Positions 1 to 8,509 of a stretch of DNA of 64,000 nucleotides are shown here, piece by piece. The stretch comes from Rikenellaceae bacterium (GTDB lineage: Bacteria; Bacteroidota; Bacteroidia; Bacteroidales; Rikenellaceae), in NCBI GenBank assembly GCA_031554415.1, contig JAVBVG010000013.1, forward strand, positions 2,352 to 66,351, in the 5' to 3' direction. The notes under the pieces are model-generated. The model was not told where the DNA came from. It was given only the letters and a program-made list of their open reading frames with translations, and did no database searches. How positions within the stretch are numbered: the first letter of the stretch is position 1; every line of letters begins with the position of its first letter. The translations under genes and the position numbers were made by a program.

Positions 1-556
1 TATGCCCGTCGGCCCCGTATTGTCCCGTCAGGGCGAGCGAATGGCTCCAGCCCGTATCTCCCCACATATGGCTCTCCTGCAGGTCGATGCCTGCGCGCGA
101 ATAGCGGTCGGCGGCGCGCAGAGCGACAAAAAGTTCTTCCGCGGTTTGTGCCCTTAACGAGTAATTTTCGGACCCGCCGATCCCCGCCGGAACGCCTCCC
201 GCCACCATCGCGGGATTGTAGCTGCGCGAAAGGGCGGTTTTCCACAGCAGCGAGATCAGAGTGTAGTCGGGATAGGAGGATATGTTGTCGGATAGGTCGA
301 AGCCCCCCAGATAAACCTTGCGGAAGCGGTCGTCCAGCCCGCGCTCGCGGTAGCGCACCGTCCCGAAACGGTAGCGTGAAAGGTCGCGGAACGGATCGGC
401 GGCACCCCATGCCGGGGTGTAGAAGATATAATCATCGGTTTCAAGCGTTTGAGGCATCTCCCACGCCTCATGCGGATAGAATTCCGTATCGAGCGTCTGC
501 CCGGACAGAATAAAATTGGTTAGTAAAAGAGTAGCTACGGCGACTGATTTCTTCAT
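1..556 (-). CDS. Secreted/outer-membrane protein, N-terminal part (gene runs off the window start)
   Basis: I translated the minus strand by hand from the ATG at 556. It reads MKKSVAVATLLLTNFILSGQTLDTEFYPHEAW... and stays open to base 1. The N-terminus looks like a signal peptide. It is absent from the ORF track because no stop lies inside the window. An RYRxRG...YLGG stretch faintly resembles Bacteroidetes TonB-dependent-receptor-like barrels, but I am not confident of that. Confidence 0.5.
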   Translation of the reverse strand, partial: MKKSVAVATLLLTNFILSGQTLDTEFYPHEAWEMPQTLETDDYIFYTPAWGAADPFRDLSRYRFGTVRYRERGLDDRFRKVYLGGFDLSDNISSYPDYTLISLLWKTALSRSYNPAMVAGGVPAGIGGSENYSLRAQTAEELFVALRAADRYSRAGIDLQESHMWGDTGWSHSLALTGQYGADGH

Positions 557-680
557 TTATGCGCCTTTTTAAGGCATTGAATACAAAGATGCGTATTTTG
601 AGAGTCGATATATGCGGTAGCAATACAGCAGTTAAGACAAAGTAATTCCGGGATATTTGCGTAGTAATAAAACTACGGCA

Positions 681-899
681 ATGGGGTACGAAGAAGAATG
701 GGGTTATCTCAGAAAAAGGATAAAAGAGCTCAGGAGAGCTAAAGGAATGTCCATACAAGCCCTTGCAGACTATGCGAATATAGACAGAACTAATCTTAGC
801 CGAATGGAGTCTGGTGTGGCAAAAGGTATGTATTTTTCCACTCTATGCCGGATAGCTGAGGCGCTCGAAGTGAGTCCCAGAGAATTGATGAAGGAATAA
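681..899 (+). CDS. XRE-family helix-turn-helix protein (72 aa from the internal ATG of ORF 657..899)
   Basis: The HTH_3-like core is SIQALADYANIDRTNLSRMESG. The protein is a single domain. Local GC is lower than in the flanks. Confidence 0.75.
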   Translation: MGYEEEWGYLRKRIKELRRAKGMSIQALADYANIDRTNLSRMESGVAKGMYFSTLCRIAEALEVSPRELMKE

Positions 900-902
900 A
901 CC

Positions 903-1121
903 ATGGATTACCCCGAGGATTGGGCATACGTAATTAAACGGATCAGGCAGTTGAGGGAGGCGAAAAGTTGGTCTTTGCAGGCCCTTGCTGATTATGCAAA
1001 TATGGACCGAGCGAACCTTAGTCGCATTGAAGCCGGGCAGGCGGTCAATATGTATTTTTCGACTCTGTGCAAGATAGCCGAGGCACTGGAAGTGAGTCCG
1101 GGAGAACTTATTAGAAAATAA
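903..1121 (+). CDS. XRE-family helix-turn-helix protein, tandem paralogue of 681..899
   Basis: The core is SLQALADYANMDRANLSRIEAG. By hand count, 48 of 72 aligned residues are identical to the upstream ORF. It starts 3 nt after the upstream stop. Confidence 0.75.
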   Translation: MDYPEDWAYVIKRIRQLREAKSWSLQALADYANMDRANLSRIEAGQAVNMYFSTLCKIAEALEVSPGELIRK

Positions 1122-1132
1122 ATATAAAAAAA

Positions 1133-1159
1133 CCGCAGAAATTTTCTCTGCGGTTTTTT
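1133..1159 (+). terminator. Intrinsic terminator after the XRE pair
   Basis: The stem is ccgcaga/tctgcgg, followed by tttttt and preceded by an A-run. Confidence 0.6.
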
Positions 1160-1180
1160 CTTAAAAGCTTTTATTAACTT

Positions 1181-1569
1181 CTTTTTGGCCAGCAAAAAGA
1201 AGCAAAAACTGGCCCACCTTCCAAAAATCTACTCCGACTCCCCTAAAATGGTACCCCTTGAGCTATCGCACATGGGGACTTCCATTTTAGTCTTCGTCTG
1301 CGCTCACGATTTTTGAAAAGTGGGATTTGGCGCACGGCCTTTGGCCGTGAAATAAAGAAGCGGAATAAATCCTTTTTTAACACAGCCGTCAGGCTGTGCG
1401 TATTCCCCACTTTTCAAAAAGCGTAAAACAGGAAAAGCGACTAAAATGAAGTCAACGGGGTTACCCCTTGTGGGCGCGATTAGACGCCCGTTGTATCATT
1501 TTAGGCGTTTTTCGGTAGCTTTTGGAACGTGGAGTGGTTTTTTTGTTACTTTTTTGTCCACCAAAAAAG
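1181..1569. repeat. Inverted pair of a ~145-165-nt structured repeat unit (copy A 1181..1324 forward, copy B 1405..1569 reverse) around a hairpin-rich centre
   Basis: The reverse complement of 1405..1569 aligns block by block with 1181..1324 and with 17655..17799. The shared blocks are ctttttgNNNNNcaaaaag, ccacgttccaaaa, ctaaaatg...cattttag and ttttgaaaagYgg. Confidence 0.7.
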
Positions 1570-1587
1570 TAAATAAGAAAAATTCTT

Positions 1588-2769
1588 TTATTTTTTGCCG
1601 GTAAATTTACCATCTTTTCCAGTGCCGCCCATGCTGAAAATGTTCTGGTCGTAGCTCACCGTCTTCTGCTCCTTTTCACGCGCGCGCTTCAATGCCTGCC
1701 CGACCAAAGTGTCCATCAGTTCGGCGAACTTTATCCCCGTCGCCTCCCAAAGATAGAACGAAAGCGACCCGGGAATCGCGTTTATCTCATTGACATAGAT
1801 CCTGTCAGCCTTCCCGTCGAGGATGAAATCGACCCGCGCAACGCCGTCGCACGACAGCATGCGGAATGTTTCCGACGCAAGACGGCGTATCTCGTCCGAC
1901 GTCTTTTCGGGCAGGTCCGCCGGAATGCGCCGCTTGGTGCTCTGCATACCCTTGCTGTTCTTGCCCCCCGACATGTATTTATCCGCGTAGCTCAGTATCT
2001 CGCCGCTGCGAAGCGGCTCCTCGCACACCGATGTCCGATGGCTGTCGGCAGTCCCCAGCACCGAGCAGTTGATCTCGCGTAGGGGGTCGATCATCTGCTC
2101 GACGATGATGCGGGGCGAGTACTGCTGGGCGTTGCCCACGGCCCGGACCAGGCTCTCGCGGTCCGTCGCGCGCGAGATCCCCACGCTCGAACCCAGGTTC
2201 GCCGGTTTTACGATCGCCGGGTAGCCGATGTTTTTCTCGATATCAGCCGCCAGTTTTTCACGCTCCGTTCCCCACTGCTTGTCGGTGAACCACAGGTAGT
2301 CGATGACCGGAACGCCGCTCTCGCGTAGCATCATCTTCATCGCGATCTTGTCCATCCCGACCGCCGACGACAGCACGTTGCAGCCCGCGTAGGGTATACC
2401 CGTCAGCTCCAGGAGGCCCTGGAACGTGCCGTCCTCGCCGTTGGTCCCGTGAAGGACCGGAAGCGCGATGTCCAGCTCCGCGACCGCTTTCGGACCGAAC
2501 AGGCCGCCTTTTTTGTATAGCGTGTGGCTTCCGAACTCCGGCAGCATGTAAACAGCCGTCGAATTTTTCACAAGGCGCGCCATGTCGCGGTAATTCGCGC
2601 TGTCGAGCAGCTCCGCGCCGGTGTACCACTTGCCCTGTTTCGTTATATATACGGGGATGACTTCGTACTTCGATTTGTCGAGCGCTTCGATCGCCTGAAG
2701 CGCGGAAATTACAGATATTTCATGCTCAACGCTTCTTCCGCCGAAAAAGACTCCGATTTTTGTTTTCAT
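1588..2769 (-). CDS. ddl: D-alanine--D-alanine ligase
   Basis: The N-terminus is GVFFGGRSVEHEISVISA. ATP-grasp layout runs through the whole 393 aa. Confidence 0.95.
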   Translation of the reverse strand: MKTKIGVFFGGRSVEHEISVISALQAIEALDKSKYEVIPVYITKQGKWYTGAELLDSANYRDMARLVKNSTAVYMLPEFGSHTLYKKGGLFGPKAVAELDIALPVLHGTNGEDGTFQGLLELTGIPYAGCNVLSSAVGMDKIAMKMMLRESGVPVIDYLWFTDKQWGTEREKLAADIEKNIGYPAIVKPANLGSSVGISRATDRESLVRAVGNAQQYSPRIIVEQMIDPLREINCSVLGTADSHRTSVCEEPLRSGEILSYADKYMSGGKNSKGMQSTKRRIPADLPEKTSDEIRRLASETFRMLSCDGVARVDFILDGKADRIYVNEINAIPGSLSFYLWEATGIKFAELMDTLVGQALKRAREKEQKTVSYDQNIFSMGGTGKDGKFTGKK

Positions 2770-2772
2770 ATT

Positions 2773-4443
2773 TTATTTATAAGTATCCGGTAGATCGTTT
2801 TCATATAATACCACGTCGCCGGGTTTGACCGTTTCGCGCACCTTTCGCGAGGCGTCGGCGAAATCCTTTGCGACGTATATTTTACTCTCGTCGAAGCCTC
2901 CGTCGGCCAGCCCCGCAAGTATCGCATCGCGGTTGTAGGCTCCTACAACTATCGCAAGGTCGCACGAAGATGCCATCTGCGAGCCGAAAACGCGGTTGTA
3001 CTCATACTGTTTCGCGCCCAATTCGACCAGTCCGGGCGTCACGACGACCCTCTGGCCGTCGGTGAACGAGGCCAGAACGTCCAATGCCATTTTCGAACCG
3101 TGGGGATTTGAGTTGAATGCGTCGTCGATGACCGTTATCCCGCCCGGGATGTGCTTGATGTTCAGACGGTGCTCGACCTGCTCGATCTGGCTTATCGCGT
3201 AGCGCATTTCGGTGTCGGTCATACCCAGCTGTTTTCCCGCGATGTACCCGGCAAGGATGTTCGACAGGTTGTGGATGCCCGCGAGTTTCGTCGTGAAAGG
3301 TTCGCTGCGGCCTTCCGGACCCTCGATCGCGAAGGTCGTTTCGCCGCGTCCGTATGTCACGTCCGCGATGCGGTAATCGGCCTTTCCGTCCCCCGAAGCG
3401 TAGCGGAAAACGTTCGCGACGTTAGTAACCGGGCGGTCGGCTATGTACGGGAAATCGTCGTTGAGGATCGCCGTGCCGTTGGCCGGAAGAGCGTCGATCA
3501 GCTCGAATTTCGTCCGCTGCACGTTTTCGATGCTCTTGAAACTTTCGAGATGCTGTTCTCCCACCGCCGTGATGATCCCCATCGAGGGGTTCACAAGTCG
3601 GCATATCTCGGCGATGTCGCCGGGCTGCTTGGCCCCCATCTCGACGATGAAGACCTCGTGGTAGGGTTTCAGCCGCTCGCGCACCGTGCGGACCACCCCG
3701 AGCGTCGTGTTGAAACTGCCGGGCGTCATCACCACGTTGAACCGCTCGGAGAGTATGCGGTAGAGATAATGTTTCGTGCTGGTCTTGCCGTAGCTCCCCG
3801 TGATGCCGATCACCGTCATGCCGGGCATCGACCGCAGGATCCGCCGCGCGTCGTTGTAGTACCAGCGGTTTATCAGACGCTCGAACGGCATCAGCAGGAC
3901 GAGCGACAGGCTTATTGCGACAGGCGACAGCACCGTGCAGGCCATCGCCGCGAATACCGCCCACCAGGCCGTCTCCGTCTTGTACCACACGAAAGAAACG
4001 GCGAAGAGCACAACGGCTATGCCGGTAGAAAAGAGCCTCAGGGCGCGGGCGGTGAAGACCAGCGGTTTCTTGTACTTCACGCGGAACTCGCACAGGCTCT
4101 TGTAGAGCGCCAGCAGACCCATGAGCCCTATGGCGTATATCTCCCAGCGGTTGCCGCGGAAAATAAATATCACCGCCAGCATCAAAAGGTCGGTGATGCG
4201 CGTGATCGAGGCGAGGTCGCCGCGGAGCCACCGCCAATAACGCGCAAGGCGGTAGGAGTTCTGCTGCATCATCTGCAGTTCGTAGCGCAGTCTCACCACA
4301 GCGTAAAAACTGATGAGGACTACCGAGGCTATTTTTACTCCAAGTTCAACTGTTATATTCATTACTATATATGATGTAGATCCCTCGTCGAAACTTCGTT
4401 TCTCTGTCGGGATGACATTATTGGTGTTGCCGGTCCTCCGCAA
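2773..4443 (-). CDS. Mur-ligase family protein (MurF-like UDP-MurNAc-peptide ligase) with an N-terminal polytopic membrane region
   Basis: The P-loop is GITGSYGKTSTK and the C-terminal motif is DDAFNSNPHGS. About five hydrophobic helices precede the ligase core. An alternative start (MNITVELG) lies at 4362. Confidence 0.8.
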   Translation of the reverse strand: MRRTGNTNNVIPTEKRSFDEGSTSYIVMNITVELGVKIASVVLISFYAVVRLRYELQMMQQNSYRLARYWRWLRGDLASITRITDLLMLAVIFIFRGNRWEIYAIGLMGLLALYKSLCEFRVKYKKPLVFTARALRLFSTGIAVVLFAVSFVWYKTETAWWAVFAAMACTVLSPVAISLSLVLLMPFERLINRWYYNDARRILRSMPGMTVIGITGSYGKTSTKHYLYRILSERFNVVMTPGSFNTTLGVVRTVRERLKPYHEVFIVEMGAKQPGDIAEICRLVNPSMGIITAVGEQHLESFKSIENVQRTKFELIDALPANGTAILNDDFPYIADRPVTNVANVFRYASGDGKADYRIADVTYGRGETTFAIEGPEGRSEPFTTKLAGIHNLSNILAGYIAGKQLGMTDTEMRYAISQIEQVEHRLNIKHIPGGITVIDDAFNSNPHGSKMALDVLASFTDGQRVVVTPGLVELGAKQYEYNRVFGSQMASSCDLAIVVGAYNRDAILAGLADGGFDESKIYVAKDFADASRKVRETVKPGDVVLYENDLPDTYK

Positions 4444-5209
4444 GGAAACTGTCGATCACCGCGGCGAACTGCGCCGGACGTTCGAGGAAACTGTAATGGC
4501 CCGCGCCCTCGAAAACCACGAGGCCGGAATCCTTTATCAGCTTCTCCATGATCTTCGCATCACGCAGAGGGGTGGCGGTGTCCGCCGAACCCCATACCAG
4601 CAGGGTCGGAGCGGTTAGCTGCGGCATCGCGCGGCGGAGATCCGTGTTGACCAGTTTCGACAGCGTCGCGCGCATTACCGGCGAAGCGGCTTTGTAATCG
4701 GCCGAGCCTGATCGCGCCAGCCGCCTTTCTATCATCTCGTCCGCCTTTTTCCGCCCGAGGAATACCGGGGCGAGTCTTTTCATAGCCTTGAACGACCACA
4801 CCTTGGCGTAATATTTCAGCGAACGGCGGGGTTTCACGCCCGCGGCGTCCACAAGGACCATCTTGCGGACCGGATTGCGCGAGGCGTAGAGCAGCGAAAC
4901 CCTGCCCCCGTGCGAATGGCCGAAAAGTATGGGTTCTGTTATGCCGGTTTGTTTCAGAAATTGTTCGAGACTGGCGGCGTACTCTTCTATGCCCCACGGA
5001 ACGGAAGGCTCTCCGCTGCCGCCGAAACCAGGCAGATCTATCGAAGTAACGCGGAAATTCTGTTCGAGATGGCGCTGCACCCCCTCCCAGATAGTGTGGT
5101 CGCAGCCCCAGCCGTGGAGCAGAACAATGTCGGCCCCTGTGCCGGCAGTCAGATACCGGACGTCGATGCCGTTTATGTTCGCTGTGGATGTCATGATTGC
5201 AATCCACAA
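4418..5209 (-). CDS. Alpha/beta-fold hydrolase
   Basis: It carries an HGWG oxyanion motif and a GHSHGG nucleophile elbow. A likely alternative start is at 5194. Confidence 0.8.
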   Translation of the reverse strand: MWIAIMTSTANINGIDVRYLTAGTGADIVLLHGWGCDHTIWEGVQRHLEQNFRVTSIDLPGFGGSGEPSVPWGIEEYAASLEQFLKQTGITEPILFGHSHGGRVSLLYASRNPVRKMVLVDAAGVKPRRSLKYYAKVWSFKAMKRLAPVFLGRKKADEMIERRLARSGSADYKAASPVMRATLSKLVNTDLRRAMPQLTAPTLLVWGSADTATPLRDAKIMEKLIKDSGLVVFEGAGHYSFLERPAQFAAVIDSFLAEDRQHQ

Positions 5210-5291
5210 AGATAAAAATATTGGCGGGTTTTCTTAGCGGCAGGCGAATAAAAACTTACAGAATCGCCGCGCACCGCTCTGGTTGGTGATG

Positions 5292-5326
5292 GATTGCTTC
5301 GTCGCCTGCGGCTCCTCGCAATGACG
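5292..5326. repeat. Short palindromic intergenic repeat (gattgcttcgtcg...ctcgcaatgacg family)
   Basis: The same motif recurs as an inverted pair at 33236..33341. Confidence 0.5.
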
Positions 5327-5328
5327 GT

Positions 5329-6054
5329 TCAAAATACCTCTCTCAAAATGTCCACCGAACGGATGTCGCGCACCGCGTCGAGATGGTAGCCCAGATATGC
5401 CAGCATCGAGTTGAGGAACTCCACCCTGCGTCCGCGCCCCAGGGCGATCCCGCCGATCTCCCCGGCGGGGGTATCCATAAGCTCTCCCAAAAGCTGCGAA
5501 TTCTCGCGCGAGAAAGCCATCCCGTGAAGGGGCATCACGGGAGTGAACAATCCCTCGCGGATGTCGAACCAGTGCAGAGGAGAATATTCGTTCCCGGGGT
5601 AAAAACCCAGGTGGCGGCTCAGGGCCACCATGAACCACAGGTGGAAATTGGCCACACCCTCGTTCATGCCGTCGAGGGCGACGACCGAATCCCACACGAA
5701 ATCGAAAAGGGGAGAATCGGCCTCGACCTGCCTCACAAGGCGGTAGAGCATCTCGGCCATGAAGAGCGCCACGGTGCTTTTGCGGACGTCGAACGGAATC
5801 GAACGTAGCGGCACCGCGCTGCGCATCTCCCGGATGCGGTGCATCTCGGCCCTGGGCGATTCGAGCCCCTCGAATTCAAGAATGAACATCGGCTGGAGCA
5901 AAGCCCCCTTGTTGCCGTGCCCGCGCGAACTCTTTACCCCCTGCACCATGTAGGTCTGCCTGCCTCCCGTGTCGGTAAGCAAATAGGCGACCAGTGAAGA
6001 GTCGCCGTATTTGATGGTGTGCAGGACTATGCCCCGGGCCTTATAGCTTTTCAT
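5329..6054 (-). CDS. recO: DNA repair protein RecO
   Basis: The N-terminal OB-fold signature is KARGIVLHTIKYGDSSLVAYLLT. At 241 aa the length fits RecO. Confidence 0.9.
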   Translation of the reverse strand: MKSYKARGIVLHTIKYGDSSLVAYLLTDTGGRQTYMVQGVKSSRGHGNKGALLQPMFILEFEGLESPRAEMHRIREMRSAVPLRSIPFDVRKSTVALFMAEMLYRLVRQVEADSPLFDFVWDSVVALDGMNEGVANFHLWFMVALSRHLGFYPGNEYSPLHWFDIREGLFTPVMPLHGMAFSRENSQLLGELMDTPAGEIGGIALGRGRRVEFLNSMLAYLGYHLDAVRDIRSVDILREVF

Positions 6055-6069
6055 TCTCTATTCTCAAAA

Positions 6070-6126
6070 GACAGACCACCTCCCATGCGCTTTGCGCGGG
6101 TACTCCTCCTAACTTAGGAGGAGAAA
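6070..6126. repeat. Short intergenic repeat (gacagaccNcctccc ... tactcctcctaactNaggaggagaaa family)
   Basis: A near-identical framework recurs at 50544..50603. It contains the hairpin ctcctcc-taactt-aggaggag. Confidence 0.5.
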
Positions 6127-6159
6127 ATTTGTTGCTATTTTTTTCTATCCGTTCACTCT

Positions 6160-7065
6160 TCACTTCTTTTTTTCCCACAAAAGGACGCCGAAACGGAAAC
6201 CGGCGTTGAAGACAAAACCCCGGCGGGCGAAACCGTACATGCCGTCATATTCGGGTTCGTAATATATCTCGCCGTCGTAGTCGGAGATATGGCCGAAGTG
6301 TTTGTCCTGGTCGTAGATCGAATAGCTGAAACCGACACCTATGTAGAGGTCCAGGAAACAGACCGGCGCGATGGCTATATGCTTGCCGAAATTGAAAGTG
6401 GCGGTGGGCTTCACGAACGACATGGCGTATGGAGAGATGCTGGCTTCGTAAAAATACAGACCGGCCAGCCCCTCTTCCTGATACGGCTTGTAGCCGCTGC
6501 GCATCTGCTTGACGTTGAAGTACTCCAGGGTGATCCCGGTGCTGTAATACCAGCCGCGGCGGCTCCATACGTGTTTATACAGCGCCGACGCGCCGACGCC
6601 CCACATGCTGTAGTAATTGTCGAAACCCGAGACGAACGAATAGCGGTTGTTGCCGTAGCCGTCGCCCCACCAGTAAGAGTTTTCGTTTTCGCGATCCGGC
6701 GCGTAATAGCCGATAAGGCTCGTCTGGATCCATTTGCCCGTTTTCAGCTCATATTCGAAGTCGAATTTCAATCCGCCGCTGATCAGGTAGAACGGATTGA
6801 CGGCGATCGTGTAGCGCTGGATGTCGGAATACTTCCCGTCGGGCAGCCAGTTGATCGGGAACGAGGGCCTGATATAGAAAGGATAGTAGTCCGGCGCCGG
6901 AGGCTGGTCGCGGAGCTGTTCCTGCCGTTCCGCCGCTATCTGTTCCTGCGGTGAGGGCTGATACAATTGTTCGGGTCCGAACGCAGGCAGCTGCGGCTCC
7001 TGTGCATAGGCCTGCGAAACAGCGAAAATGGCCGCTATGGTTGTCGTAAATATAACTTTTTTCAT
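6160..7065 (-). CDS. Signal-peptide protein, probable outer-membrane beta-barrel
   Basis: The signal peptide is MKKVIFTTTIAAIFAVSQAYAQ. The rest is rich in alternating aromatic/Gly strands. Its start overlaps the stop of 7062..7865 by 4 nt, so it is probably the last gene of a three-gene operon. Confidence 0.5.
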   Translation of the reverse strand: MKKVIFTTTIAAIFAVSQAYAQEPQLPAFGPEQLYQPSPQEQIAAERQEQLRDQPPAPDYYPFYIRPSFPINWLPDGKYSDIQRYTIAVNPFYLISGGLKFDFEYELKTGKWIQTSLIGYYAPDRENENSYWWGDGYGNNRYSFVSGFDNYYSMWGVGASALYKHVWSRRGWYYSTGITLEYFNVKQMRSGYKPYQEEGLAGLYFYEASISPYAMSFVKPTATFNFGKHIAIAPVCFLDLYIGVGFSYSIYDQDKHFGHISDYDGEIYYEPEYDGMYGFARRGFVFNAGFRFGVLLWEKKK

Positions 7066-7865
7066 ATGCTCTGCTCTCTTAGGTCTATCTTACTGAGGAA
7101 TGTGAAGCCGTCGCGGTCGTAGCCCAGCTGGTAAAGCCCGTCGGAACCGATAACCAGCAGGGTATTGCCGTTCATCGCGATGCAGTCGTAGGCGTCGATG
7201 TTCTTCACCTCCTTCAGGCTGACGGCGGTGTAGAGGCCCTTGACGTTTTTCGGATCGGTGATGTCATAGGCGTCTATGCCCTCGTCGCAGACGAAAAGAA
7301 GATTGTTCGCACCGTCGACAGCCAGTCCGCGCGGAGAAGAGAGGGCTTTCTCGGCGATCCGCACCGGGGCCGTAAGCTCTGTGATGTCGTAGACCTGCAG
7401 CCAATTGCCGCGGCCGCCGCACCACGAGCCCTGCGCATTGTTGAGCGTAACGTAGGCGTAGTCGCCGTAGGCCACCACCGGGTCGCAGCTGCGGAAATGG
7501 CTGATCCCCGAAAGCTGCTCCGGAAATTCGGGGCTGCTGATGTCGTATATGTACATATTTCCCTGAGAACCGATGAAGAGCAGGTTGTCCATTGTGAAAA
7601 TTGTTTCGATGTCCCACCCGATCGATTTTGTGCGGACTTTTTCCGGTTCGGCCGGATCCGCAAGAGTAACCACGTTGAGGCTGCGGCTGTCGACCGTGTA
7701 GAGATAGTCGCCCTTTATGGTGAAACGCGCCATCGAACCGCCCTGGCCCGAATCTCCGCCACCGTCCGACGCCTTATCGCCGCCGGCCATGGAGCATCCC
7801 GCTGCGAAAACGAGGATTGTCGCCAGCACGGCCGGCATATACCTGAGTATGTTTGTCTTTTTCAT
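7062..7865 (-). CDS. LVIVD-repeat (beta-propeller) lipoprotein
   Basis: The lipobox is VFAAGCS. Repeated blocks such as GDYAYVT and NNLLFVCDEG are typical of COG5276-type LVIVD repeats. Confidence 0.6.
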   Translation of the reverse strand: MKKTNILRYMPAVLATILVFAAGCSMAGGDKASDGGGDSGQGGSMARFTIKGDYLYTVDSRSLNVVTLADPAEPEKVRTKSIGWDIETIFTMDNLLFIGSQGNMYIYDISSPEFPEQLSGISHFRSCDPVVAYGDYAYVTLNNAQGSWCGGRGNWLQVYDITELTAPVRIAEKALSSPRGLAVDGANNLLFVCDEGIDAYDITDPKNVKGLYTAVSLKEVKNIDAYDCIAMNGNTLLVIGSDGLYQLGYDRDGFTFLSKIDLREQSI

Positions 7866-7877
7866 GGCTGCCTGATT

Positions 7878-8372
7878 TTATCTGGTTATTTTTTTCCAGC
7901 CGACCCTGACCATATTCGCCGGAGTGGTGTAATGCCTGCCTCTGCCGTCAGGGCTGATCGGCTCGGGAAAGAAATCCTTGAGGCGGTGGGTAACCTCTTT
8001 GGCGTCGAGGTCGAAAGCGACAAGGTCGATGGCATTGTCCATGTAGATGATGTTCCCTTTAACAGCCACGTCCATACATCCGGGAACGATGATGAATCCG
8101 GTCTGCACCGGAGAGGAGGGATCGCTGTTGTCGATCACGTGCACGCCCAGATAGCGTTCGACAACATAGATCCTGGTGCCGTCGCCGTTGACCCAGATCT
8201 TGCCCGGGTCCTTCATTTCGAGTTTGTTCGGAACGTAGGAAACCGACTCGCGGAGTTCGTCGCGATCCATATAAAACGGTGCGTAATAACTGGCGGGGGC
8301 GATGTCGGAACTGGCCAACAGCCAAATTCCGGCGAGCATCACGAAAAATACCAGGGGTTTCAGCTTTTTCAT
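7878..8372 (-). CDS. LVIVD-repeat protein, N-terminal-type module
   Basis: It has a signal/anchor helix. The stretch GVHVIDNSDPSSP...GNIIYMDNAIDLVAFDL matches the start of LVIVD-repeat proteins. Confidence 0.55.
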   Translation of the reverse strand: MKKLKPLVFFVMLAGIWLLASSDIAPASYYAPFYMDRDELRESVSYVPNKLEMKDPGKIWVNGDGTRIYVVERYLGVHVIDNSDPSSPVQTGFIIVPGCMDVAVKGNIIYMDNAIDLVAFDLDAKEVTHRLKDFFPEPISPDGRGRHYTTPANMVRVGWKKITR

Positions 8373-8459
8373 ACAGCGAGGGTTGATTAGTTAAACACAA
8401 AGTTAGTATCTTTTGCTTATTAAACGGACGGATGCCGGAAATACTGCATCCGGAAGGCG

Positions 8460-8490
8460 CAAAAAAAGAGGCCCCTGAAAAAGGGCCTCT
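8460..8490 (-). terminator. Intrinsic terminator of rubrerythrin
   Basis: The stem is agaggccc/gggcctct. On the minus strand it is followed by a T7 run. Confidence 0.6.
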
Positions 8491-8509
8491 TTCGGTATGC
8501 TGCCGCGGT

